Shown here in pieces: positions 16,903 to 25,294 of a DNA stretch of 30,466 bases. The stretch spans positions 1 to 30,466 of the forward strand of contig JAHEEY010000001.1 of the NCBI GenBank assembly GCA_024640485.1. The letters run 5' to 3'. The translations under genes were made by a program, and so were the position numbers. This DNA comes from Chloroflexota bacterium. Its GTDB lineage: Bacteria; Chloroflexota; Anaerolineae; Promineifilales; Promineifilaceae. Below the pieces are notes generated by a model. That model saw only the letters and a program-made list of their open reading frames with translations, did not search any database and had not been told where the DNA came from. The first letter of the stretch is position 1. Each line of letters opens with the position of its first letter.

Positions 16903-18174
16903 ATGGATAGCATGAGAACGATTTGGTTGGTCATAAAACATGAGATTTATACGACGCTTAGAAAGCGCTCTTTCTGGGTGATGACGTTTATCATGCCGGC
17001 GATTCTGCTGGCCTTTAATACCTATGCGGTGATTCAGGACAGCGATATTGGCGGATCTGAGGAGAGTGAAGCAGAGTCAGGCCCTGCCAGTTTGCCTGCT
17101 ATTGGCCTTGTAGATGACGCTGGCTTGCTCAAAGAGATGCCGGAAAGCTTTCCCCAGGACCTGTTTACCCCCTTCGCGGACGAAGCAGCTGCTATGTCGG
17201 CGTTGGAAGCCGGTGATCTGGAACAGATAGTCCACGTCCCTGCTGATTACTTAGCGACTGGCGAGATCCTGGTCTATGATCAAGAGTTCAAGCTCATGAG
17301 CAGCGGTGACGATATGGGTATCGCTTTTGGCAGCAGCAGTGACTGGGTGCTGCCCTATCTGATCAACTACAACTTGAGCGGGGACGAGTCGCTAACCGTA
17401 AAGCTGCGCAATCCTACCCCAGGCAGCATTGCCGAGCATCATGTGGTCCGGCCTACGGCAGATGCGATTGAGGGGGATGAGCGGGTGATGGCGGAGATCA
17501 TCGCCAGGGCGATGCCTTACATCTACTACTTCATCTTGATTATCAGCAGCGGCTATATGCTGACCAGCGTCACGGCCGAGAAGGAAAACCGCACAGTAGA
17601 AGTGCTCCTGCTCAGCCTTAATCCCCGCCAGCTGATGCTGGGCAAGATCATCGGGTTGACCGTTGTCGTCCTGGTGCAGATGTCCGTCTGGTTTGCCGGC
17701 GGCGCGCTGACAGTGGGGCAGAGCTCCAGCTTGTTGAATATCTCGGCCTTTGATTTTCCGCCAGGATTCTTTATTTGGGCGACGCTCTTTATGCTCGGAG
17801 GCTATCTGCTCTATGCCTCGGTGATGGCTGCGGTTGGGGCAATCGCCAATACGGCCCGCGAAGGCAATCAAATCACCTGGATTCTGATTCTGCCGCTGAT
17901 GCCCACATTGATGTTTGCCGACAAATTCTTGACTGAACCTAACGGAACGCTTTCCATGGTGCTCAGTATGTTTCCCTTCAGCGCGCCCAGTGCTATGGTG
18001 ACCCGATTGGCCGTCGCTGATGTGCCCTTGTGGCAGCTGGGAGTCAGCCTCGGAGGATTGGCGCTGACGGCGTATCTGATGATCATGCTGGCCAGCCGTT
18101 TCTTCCGTCCGCACCACCTGCTGTCAAAATCCAAATTCAACTGGCGCCGATTTGCTGCCGCCCTGCGTGGTTAG
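16903..18174 (+). CDS. ABC-2 type permease (NatB/YhaP-like), second subunit
   Basis: SVTAEKENRTVEVLLLS...LMLGKI and PFSAPSAMVTR. Confidence 0.9.
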   Translation: MDSMRTIWLVIKHEIYTTLRKRSFWVMTFIMPAILLAFNTYAVIQDSDIGGSEESEAESGPASLPAIGLVDDAGLLKEMPESFPQDLFTPFADEAAAMSALEAGDLEQIVHVPADYLATGEILVYDQEFKLMSSGDDMGIAFGSSSDWVLPYLINYNLSGDESLTVKLRNPTPGSIAEHHVVRPTADAIEGDERVMAEIIARAMPYIYYFILIISSGYMLTSVTAEKENRTVEVLLLSLNPRQLMLGKIIGLTVVVLVQMSVWFAGGALTVGQSSSLLNISAFDFPPGFFIWATLFMLGGYLLYASVMAAVGAIANTAREGNQITWILILPLMPTLMFADKFLTEPNGTLSMVLSMFPFSAPSAMVTRLAVADVPLWQLGVSLGGLALTAYLMIMLASRFFRPHHLLSKSKFNWRRFAAALRG

Positions 18175-18200
18175 GGTCTGACACCGGTTCTCGCCAACAC

Positions 18201-18236
18201 AAAAAAGGTCACCTTAATGGTGACCTCTTTTGTTTT
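18201..18236. terminator. Bidirectional intrinsic terminator between the convergent exporter and sulfur operons
   Basis: AAAAA-AGGTCACC-ttaat-GGTGACCT-CTTTTGTTTT. Confidence 0.82.
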
Positions 18237-18265
18237 ATAGAAGGCTATTCTGCTGATGATTGGGG

Positions 18266-19498
18266 CTAGCCGCAGCCTCCGCTGGTGGGCGCCCGCTTCA
18301 GTTCTAGCTCCACTTTGGGAACAAAGTTCAATTCGAACTGGTGAGGATCTGGTTCCGCGGCCGCGTGCCGGGAGCCCAGGGCGGCGTCAAACGCAAATTG
18401 GAGCTGGTCTTGCCCCGCCGCCGTGACCGCATATTGGGCCTTGAATTCGTCGCCGGCAAATTGATCCAGCCAGCCGTTGATGCCGCCGCCCAGGATATAG
18501 ACATTGGGCACGCTCTCAGCCTGCAGCGTCTTCCACGCCTCGGTTGCGGCAGCTTCATCATTACTCATGACGATGAAGACAGCATTAGCTGGTTCCATGT
18601 GCAGATCCGCGATGACATTGGGGAGTTCTGCCTGGGGGACATTCTTGGCATCCAGGATGTGGAACAGGTTGAAGTTGGCCTCATCCCGGACGTCGATCAT
18701 CATTGGTTTGAGCTTGGTATCATGCAGCAGTTCCAGCAGCTCGCCGGGATCAATCTGTACCGCTCGTTCTGACAGAATTTCGCTCTTTTCAGCGGCGATG
18801 GTTTGCCAGCGGTCTTCGGTGGTCGGTTGGCCAACGGCGATCAGGGCGATGGAAACGATCACCAGCGCGCCAGCGGCGCCATAACGCCATTTAGGCGCTT
18901 TCTTGGGTTCCATGCCGCCAAAAATCCGTTCCAGCTGTTCCGATCCCCAGAACATGAATAGGGCCATGAGAACGACCAGCAGTACGACCGTGCCGGTCTC
19001 CAAACCTAGCCAGTCGGGAAGGGTGAAGCGGCCCATATAGGAGGAGTTCCAGAAGCCTTCGAAATTGCTGACAGTTTCGCCGAACATGAAGACGCCGAAC
19101 AGTACCCCCAGGGTAAAGAAAATGCCGTCGATTTTGGCAGTCGCCACTGCGACCAGCGAAGTGCCGGGGCAGAAACCGCCGATGATGAACCCGGCGCCCA
19201 TGATGAGTCCGCCGACGATTCCTGGCCAGAGGTAGGTCGGGTTAACCCAGACCAGGTTGTAGTCCAGCAGCCCCAAGGAAGAAGCGGTGAAGATGAGGAC
19301 CATGGCCACAATGATGCCGGTGAACATGACTTTCAGGACGGTCATGTCTTTGAAGTAGAATTGAGCCGCCAGTTTGCGGGAATTGCCGAAACCAGCGATT
19401 TCCAGAGCGTAGCCGAAGGCGACGCCGATCAGCGCGAATACGACGTAGGCGCCCCAGTGTCCCAGCAGTTCGCTTAAGGGTAAAGGAAACGTTGTCAT
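18266..19498 (-). CDS. YeeE/YedE (sulfur transporter) half-protein fused to a rhodanese-like domain with C-terminal GGCG
   Basis: GVAFGYALEIAGFG, GGLIMGAGFIIGGFCPGT (YeeE); IDVRDEANFNLFHILDAKNVP...VYILGGGINGW (rhodanese fold); AGGAG SD. Confidence 0.87.
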   Translation of the reverse strand: MTTFPLPLSELLGHWGAYVVFALIGVAFGYALEIAGFGNSRKLAAQFYFKDMTVLKVMFTGIIVAMVLIFTASSLGLLDYNLVWVNPTYLWPGIVGGLIMGAGFIIGGFCPGTSLVAVATAKIDGIFFTLGVLFGVFMFGETVSNFEGFWNSSYMGRFTLPDWLGLETGTVVLLVVLMALFMFWGSEQLERIFGGMEPKKAPKWRYGAAGALVIVSIALIAVGQPTTEDRWQTIAAEKSEILSERAVQIDPGELLELLHDTKLKPMMIDVRDEANFNLFHILDAKNVPQAELPNVIADLHMEPANAVFIVMSNDEAAATEAWKTLQAESVPNVYILGGGINGWLDQFAGDEFKAQYAVTAAGQDQLQFAFDAALGSRHAAAEPDPHQFELNFVPKVELELKRAPTSGGCG

Positions 19499-19571
19499 AA
19501 TTTTCTCTCTCCTGCAGTAGGTCGGTCACAGACGGGCGGGCAGCCGATCTGCAAACAGCCAATGCGTGGGT

Positions 19572-20141
19572 TTAGTTCCAGAATTTCCGGACGAAATAGG
19601 CCAGGGCGTAGGCGCCGCCGAATACGGCGAACATAAATGCCCAACTGCCAACGGACAACACGGAGCCTCCAGACAAAGCTTGACCAGAGGTGCATCCGCG
19701 GGCGAAGCGAGCGCCGTACCCCATCAGGCCGCCGCCGATGAAGGCGGTGAGCCAGCGGGTGCGGGTGCTGATTTGGGGCCCTTTATTCGTTTCCAATTTG
19801 ACGCGGCCGTTTATCAAGCCTGAGATGAAACCGCCGACAATAGTGCCGGCTGTCAGGAAGACAATCCAGCTGTCCAGGGGGTTTCTCTCACCGCCGGCCA
19901 TTTCCAGCAGATAAGGAACGCGATCAACATGCCCCGGAGCTACCAGGTCTTCGAAGAAGACCACAAACCGGTTCAGGCCGCCGGACGCGCCCAGGCCGCT
20001 GCCGGTTATAAAGAAAGCCAGGAACAGGACCACGCCCAGCATAATGCCGGCGGCATACGGGTTGGTGTATGCTTTTTCGACCCGCTTGCTCAAGCGACCC
20101 GATGCGGCAGCTGTGGATTCAGGTGATGTAAAAGCTGTCAT
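19572..20141 (-). CDS. YeeE/YedE family half-protein
   Basis: NPYAAGIMLG, GLGASG and GGGLMGYGARFARGCTSGQALSGG; GGAGG SD. Confidence 0.9.
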   Translation of the reverse strand: MTAFTSPESTAAASGRLSKRVEKAYTNPYAAGIMLGVVLFLAFFITGSGLGASGGLNRFVVFFEDLVAPGHVDRVPYLLEMAGGERNPLDSWIVFLTAGTIVGGFISGLINGRVKLETNKGPQISTRTRWLTAFIGGGLMGYGARFARGCTSGQALSGGSVLSVGSWAFMFAVFGGAYALAYFVRKFWN

Positions 20142-20276
20142 AGTATTATTCTGCCTCCATAATGAGCGATTGCTCTTTCACTGGTGCGAAACACATAGCC
20201 AATGTTGCGGTCATATGCTTCGCACCAGGGTAGTTGCCCTTTAGGGCAATGCTCGTGGTTGTAGAGAACCTTTCCC

Positions 20277-23024
20277 CTAGTCACCAGTCGCAGGTGCTTG
20301 AGAGCTCTGGTGTACTTCCAGTTCATCCCAGCCCATAATCATTGATTTGATGCCAGCCATCGGCTTGTGGCCGGTGGTGGTCAAATAAACGTGACCAACG
20401 ATGAAGGTGGCAAACAGCCAGGCGATAATCGTGTGGAACGGCGCCAGGAACGGCAGTCCGCCCAGCTTGGCGGCCACTTCCGGCCACCGCTGCACGCCCC
20501 ACATGAAGATGCCGGTCAGCATCTGCAGCGGCAGCAGCACATTGAGGATGCTGAAGTAGGTGATCTGCTGCAGCGGATTCAGTTTTCTGTCGACGGTCTT
20601 GTCGAAGGGATGTTCATCCCCTTTGAAAATACCGCGGATATAGAAGGTTGCCTGGGTGATCGTCTGGCTGAAGAAACCTCGCGGCTGCGGCAGATATTGG
20701 CGAATTTCGCCGCTGGCCAAATGGTAGAAGACTGCCAGGGCAGCATTGACTACCAGAACGGCTGCCAGGACATTGTGTACCTGCACCATATATTTGAAGC
20801 TGAAGCCGCCGAACAAGTGCGGTTTGTGAATGACCAAGCCGGTGACGATCAGGATCAAGATGGCTGTTGTCTGCAGCCAATGCCACAGCCGCTCGTAGAC
20901 GCCGTACATGTAGACTTCCTGCAGTTCCGGCTCGTGGACTGGGCGTCGACGGGCGGCGAAGAAGCGCAGTCCGCCGTGGGTGATCACCCCGACGATGGTC
21001 GCCAGGAAGATGAAGAGCCCGGCCCGGTCGATCAAGCTGACATTGTTATGCCCCAGGACATATAGGTCATCCGCCGCCGTCTGCGGCTGGTAATACAGTT
21101 TGCCGTCATCAGTGGTGACTAGCTCGCCGCTGAACGCGGTGTTGCTGTCGGTGACGAAGGTCGGCATCACCCCGCCTGGCATCTGGTTGGCCAGCAGCAT
21201 CGGCTGGGCGATCCGCGACTCTTCAGTGTGGCAGGTATCGCAATCTTTGGTGGCCCATTGTCCGTTGGTGACATCGTGGTTGATGCTGTACGGTTGGACC
21301 TCACCAATGATACGGGGATTTTCAAGGCCCAGGGCCTGCAGCCGTGACTGGATCAGCGCTTCCTTCTCAGCCGTGTCGATCCGCAGCTCTTCCGCATCGA
21401 GCTTGTTGTTCCCGTCGGCATCGAACGCGGCCAGGATATCGGACTGATAGCTGTCGCCGTCGAACCAGGCAGCCTGCAGGTCCAGCAATCTTACCGGTTG
21501 GGCCGGTTCGCCATAAACCCAAAACCACGAGCTGACCAGGTTGTAGGGAGCCAGCAGTTGGCCGCCGTCATTTCCCTGGCGGCTCAACAAGACTGGCGTG
21601 TAGCCATTGATCAGAGAGTTGCTGCTGATTTCGCCATCGACGCCCCGGAGGGTCGCGGCGGGAGAGCCGTCCAGCTGTAAAACGGTCCAGTCCACATCTT
21701 GGCGAGTTGGCGCGTAGATGAAGGGGATGTGGCACGATTCACAGCTAAGGCTGCTGACATGCTTATCTTTGTAGGGCAGCCAATCGTGGGTCGCATCGAC
21801 ACTGTGGCACGATTCGCAGCGGCGCAAAGTGTTGTCGAGATCCGGCGCGACGGTCCCTTGGGCGCTCTGCCCCTTGGCAAATTGGTGCAGCGGTCGCTGC
21901 AGATATTCACCGATGTCGATCCGTCGGGGGTCGAAGATGAGGTGGCCGGGTTTGGACTCAGACAAGTCCTGGTAATAGACAGGATTGTTGAGGGAATAAT
22001 GGCAGTCGGTACAGGCTACTACCCGTTCGGTATGTATGTCCCAAGAACGGGAGAGCGATTCTTTGCCCGAAAGGTTCAGCCCAGAGTCTGAGAGGCGTTG
22101 GGGCGAGATGACTTGACCGGTGGTTCCAGTAGTCCACTCAGCCAATGATGCCTGGTCCAGAGTCAGTGGTGTCGATAGATCCATGTGGACAACGCCGTGG
22201 CATTGGCCGCAATTCTCGTTGGTGGGATCCTGAATCGTGACGAATTCGACAGTCAGGTAGCCGTCACTGTCAAACGCATCAGCATTCCAATTCCAATTCC
22301 CGTCTTCCTGGGAGATGATGCCGGTGCCCAACAGGGTGGCGCTGCTGGCCCATTTGAATGAACCAGCCTGCAGCGCTGCGATGCGGGCATCATTGTTGGG
22401 GTTTGACAGATGGCAGAGGAAGCAGTTCATTTCCACAGTGCCGGAGTCCTGCCAGTTCCAGGCTGCGGCTTCGCCGGTTTCCGGATCAATGGTGGAGGTT
22501 TCTACATTGCCAGCATCTGCAGCTAGTGAAGCCAGCGGGAACCCGCTGCGGCTGAATACCGCTGGGCCGCCGCCGACATGTCGGGCGCCGAACAGCTTGA
22601 TCCAGTCAGCGGTAGTCAGATCGACGGTGGCGCTCCCCCGAGGAGTTAGGGTGCGATAGGTCAAGGGATTCCATTTGCCGAAGTAACCAGGGCTGGTGTC
22701 CCAAGGGAGGCCATTTTCAACTGTGCCGTTATCGCTGTAATCGTCCAGGCCCACGGAAGTGTGGAAACTGTGTTCGGCGATGAATTCGGTGTCGTGACAG
22801 CTGCCGCAGGTTTGCATCGTAGAGACCGGCTTGCCGCTCTCTAGCACGCTTTCGCCAGCATCATCGAGGAGCTGAAAAGTAGGATGCAGCGGCGAGATCG
22901 GGCTCGTTTCTTGAGCGGACGCCGGCTGTCTGATGAGTATCAAAAGCGCGACCAGCAATACACCCGACAGGATTGTGTAAAGCAGCAGTCTGGGTTTTGA
23001 ATGATTATGGCTGATTGTGTACAT
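20277..23024 (-). CDS. Multiheme c-type cytochrome (7 CxxCH, OTR-paralogous) fused to C-terminal cytochrome b (PhsC/Ni-hydrogenase cyt b type)
   Basis: Signal peptide ending PASA-QE; CGSCH, CFLCH, CGQCH, CTDCH, CESCH, CESCH, CDTCH; then TM helices with ERLWHW, VQVHN, KLNPLQ and FH...VGHVY. Start placed at ATG 23024. Confidence 0.9.
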   Translation of the reverse strand: MYTISHNHSKPRLLLYTILSGVLLVALLILIRQPASAQETSPISPLHPTFQLLDDAGESVLESGKPVSTMQTCGSCHDTEFIAEHSFHTSVGLDDYSDNGTVENGLPWDTSPGYFGKWNPLTYRTLTPRGSATVDLTTADWIKLFGARHVGGGPAVFSRSGFPLASLAADAGNVETSTIDPETGEAAAWNWQDSGTVEMNCFLCHLSNPNNDARIAALQAGSFKWASSATLLGTGIISQEDGNWNWNADAFDSDGYLTVEFVTIQDPTNENCGQCHGVVHMDLSTPLTLDQASLAEWTTGTTGQVISPQRLSDSGLNLSGKESLSRSWDIHTERVVACTDCHYSLNNPVYYQDLSESKPGHLIFDPRRIDIGEYLQRPLHQFAKGQSAQGTVAPDLDNTLRRCESCHSVDATHDWLPYKDKHVSSLSCESCHIPFIYAPTRQDVDWTVLQLDGSPAATLRGVDGEISSNSLINGYTPVLLSRQGNDGGQLLAPYNLVSSWFWVYGEPAQPVRLLDLQAAWFDGDSYQSDILAAFDADGNNKLDAEELRIDTAEKEALIQSRLQALGLENPRIIGEVQPYSINHDVTNGQWATKDCDTCHTEESRIAQPMLLANQMPGGVMPTFVTDSNTAFSGELVTTDDGKLYYQPQTAADDLYVLGHNNVSLIDRAGLFIFLATIVGVITHGGLRFFAARRRPVHEPELQEVYMYGVYERLWHWLQTTAILILIVTGLVIHKPHLFGGFSFKYMVQVHNVLAAVLVVNAALAVFYHLASGEIRQYLPQPRGFFSQTITQATFYIRGIFKGDEHPFDKTVDRKLNPLQQITYFSILNVLLPLQMLTGIFMWGVQRWPEVAAKLGGLPFLAPFHTIIAWLFATFIVGHVYLTTTGHKPMAGIKSMIMGWDELEVHQSSQAPATGD

Positions 23025-23129
23025 AGTTAGTCCCGTGGCCAGGCATTGACTTGGATGGATTCTAGGCTCTGCGAGCCGGCCCATTCCAGATCAATTGCCT
23101 GCCGCTGATTATTACCTTTTGGACATTCC

Positions 23130-24572
23130 TTATCGTGAACCCAGGAAGGTCTCGTCTCGACCACCCCAACGTAGGGGGTCACCATAGTAGCCCAGCGCTT
23201 CCCAATCAATGCGGCCGGTGTCGCCATGGCATTCCTGGCACTGCAGGGCGTTCTCTTTGGGCTGGACCATGTGGCTTAGGTTCCAGTACATCTCTGTGGG
23301 AGCGAATCCGTATTCGCCGCTGTAAGCCATGCCGGAAATTTCCGATCCCAGGGTTACGGCTTTGTCCCAATCGAAATCAGTCCAATAGCCACCTTCGCCC
23401 ACCGTTTTCGGCTGCAGGATGTAGTTGTACTGACTATCGTAAATCTGTGTGGCCCGGTGAATCTTGAAAGGCCAGATCTTGGCTGTCGGGTCGGTGATGT
23501 CACCCAGGGGCATGTTGAGGACCGTAGAGACGGTCGGATCAATGAGATCGCCTAAAATGTACCGGTCAGCCTTCCCATTGAACCAGGCGTACTCCGGCGT
23601 GAAGCCGCGCTCGTAGACGAAGGCGCCTTTGATTTTAAGATAGACATGGGGATCTTCCGGCAAATCTTGCCCAGCAGCGGACCAATCCCATTCCATCTTG
23701 GTTGGCTGACGAACCGCACCTTCCGGCACATGGCATGTTTGGCAGGCGACCGTATCCACATGGGCGGTGATGCGTTCGTCTTCATGCAGCGATTCGTCGT
23801 GGCACTCGGTGCAAGCCAATACATTGCTGTCATCGGCGCTGACCGAGATACTGTGACCTTTGACCAGGTGATCTTCGGTCTTGTGACAGTCAGTGCAGAC
23901 GAAATCATATCGTCCCATATGAACGTCGATATCCTCGGAAGGGAAATAGAGGCTCTCGTCCAGATCGCCGTGTTTGACGGCATTGCCGCCTCCGCCGTTG
24001 AAGTGGCAGCTGCCGCAGTTCTGGCGGGTGGGTGTGCCTACGCTCTGGGCAGCCGCCAGGAGGTCAACCCCTTCTGCCGGCAGCCCCTTGGCTGCTTTCG
24101 TATAAGTGCCAGTATCGGCGTGGCAGACCAGACAGTCGACGTTCCCTTCATCAGAGAAATCGAAGTTCGCATCTTCCCAGCCATAACCGGCGTGACACCG
24201 GGTACATCCAGGCCAGTTGCCCTGAATGCCGATGCAGAAATTGTTGATCTGATTTTTCTTGCCGATAGTGACCGGTTCATCGCGGCCTGGCAGCATGACC
24301 GGTTCGCTCTCCCAGGTGTAATGAACGGTCTCTGCCACCTGATGGGCGGCGTCTTCATGACATGCCAGACAGGCGGCGGTAACTTCCGGACCAGTTTCGA
24401 AGGTTCCCGACAGGAGGTCGGTATGATCTGTGTGCGGGGCCCGTACGGGGACGCCAGCCCAAGGGTCCTGCTCTGTCTCCGGTTCCCCGGAAGCGAATAG
24501 TGCAATTGGGATAATCACCAGTGACAAGGTGACTATCAAACCAATAACCCAGATGTATTTGAAATCTTTCAT
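23130..24572 (-). CDS. otr: Octaheme tetrathionate reductase family c-type cytochrome
   Basis: Eight CxxCH (CLACH, CTRCH, CLVCH, CGSCH, CTDCH, CTECH, CQTCH, CQECH), the family motif GKKNQINNFCIG, KIWPFKIH and LSHMV; N-terminal hydrophobic signal or anchor. Confidence 0.88.
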   Translation of the reverse strand: MKDFKYIWVIGLIVTLSLVIIPIALFASGEPETEQDPWAGVPVRAPHTDHTDLLSGTFETGPEVTAACLACHEDAAHQVAETVHYTWESEPVMLPGRDEPVTIGKKNQINNFCIGIQGNWPGCTRCHAGYGWEDANFDFSDEGNVDCLVCHADTGTYTKAAKGLPAEGVDLLAAAQSVGTPTRQNCGSCHFNGGGGNAVKHGDLDESLYFPSEDIDVHMGRYDFVCTDCHKTEDHLVKGHSISVSADDSNVLACTECHDESLHEDERITAHVDTVACQTCHVPEGAVRQPTKMEWDWSAAGQDLPEDPHVYLKIKGAFVYERGFTPEYAWFNGKADRYILGDLIDPTVSTVLNMPLGDITDPTAKIWPFKIHRATQIYDSQYNYILQPKTVGEGGYWTDFDWDKAVTLGSEISGMAYSGEYGFAPTEMYWNLSHMVQPKENALQCQECHGDTGRIDWEALGYYGDPLRWGGRDETFLGSR

Positions 24573-24811
24573 ATTGTTTTACTGCTTACTATGCTATCGA
24601 GAATAGATGCTTTACTAGACGACAACCCAGTACTCTACTGTGCGAGTCCGAGCTCGGAATACGGTGACGTAAAAATAGTTGATTCTTGGGATGGCTTTCG
24701 GTAATGACGGCTCAAATCCCCACTTCAGCTTTTCAGCGCGCTGCTAAAATCCGTTCCATGCACTTCTCCAAGACGTGTAGCTTTGGCTCAGTTCAGTAAT
24801 CATTCCGCCCG

Positions 24812-25144
24812 TCAATCAGCTTCCGCCAGCAGTTCTGATTGCCGCGCAACTGCATCGCGAAGGATTACCCGCATCTCGTTGAGAATCTCTATCATCCGTT
24901 TGTCCGCGAGTCGGTATATGACCGCCGGCCCCTGGCGTTCCGTTATCACCAGCGCGCGCTGTCGCAGCACGCGCAAGTGCCGAGAAATAGTCGGCTGGGG
25001 AGTGTGCAGATGATCTGCCAATGCAGACACATTCAGAGGCTGTTCGTCCAAGGCGTACAGAATCTGAATCCTCTTCGGATCGCCCAATGCCTGGCAAATG
25101 TTGGCGTGCAGCATTGATAGTTCATCAATCGTTGGTTTATGCAT
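24812..25144 (-). CDS. ArsR/SmtB family transcriptional regulator
   Basis: ICQALGDPKRIQIL...VSALA...QPTISRHLRVLR...V...RQG..IYRL winged HTH. Confidence 0.92.
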   Translation of the reverse strand: MHKPTIDELSMLHANICQALGDPKRIQILYALDEQPLNVSALADHLHTPQPTISRHLRVLRQRALVITERQGPAVIYRLADKRMIEILNEMRVILRDAVARQSELLAEAD

Positions 25145-25159
25145 AAAGCCGTTTTATCC

Positions 25160-25189
25160 TTCATGTATTCGGATATCCGAATATATGAA
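25160..25189. promoter_or_regulatory. 30-bp near-perfect palindrome, probable ArsR operator
   Basis: TTCATGTATTCGGATATCCGAATATATGAA; 14 of 15 pairs complementary; 15 nt upstream of the arsR ATG. Confidence 0.75.
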
Positions 25190-25227
25190 GATATTATGAG
25201 AAATGCGGGCGCGTGAACATGGACAGA

Positions 25228-25257
25228 TGTCACAAGTAGTGTGTGACAATTGTCACT
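25228..25257. promoter_or_regulatory. Crp/Fnr-family-like box with an additional inverted half-site
   Basis: TGTGA-CAATTG-TCACT (25242-25257) plus TGTCACA (25228-25234) inverted against TGTGACA. Confidence 0.45.
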
Positions 25258-25294
25258 ATCAGATTCTTTGGGGTGTTTTGAGGCGGGGTTTAAA

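Noticed and set aside
24647-24658. Palindrome TCCGAGCTCGGA upstream of otr as a second ArsR operator
   Set aside because: Half-sites are in the opposite order to the 25160 operator and the flanks do not match.
18266-25144. Selenocysteine read-through in the sulfur operon
   Set aside because: Stops checked for the yeeE-rhodanese (TAG), the cyt b fusion (TAG) and otr (TAA) are not TGA, and the ORFs have no internal TGA.
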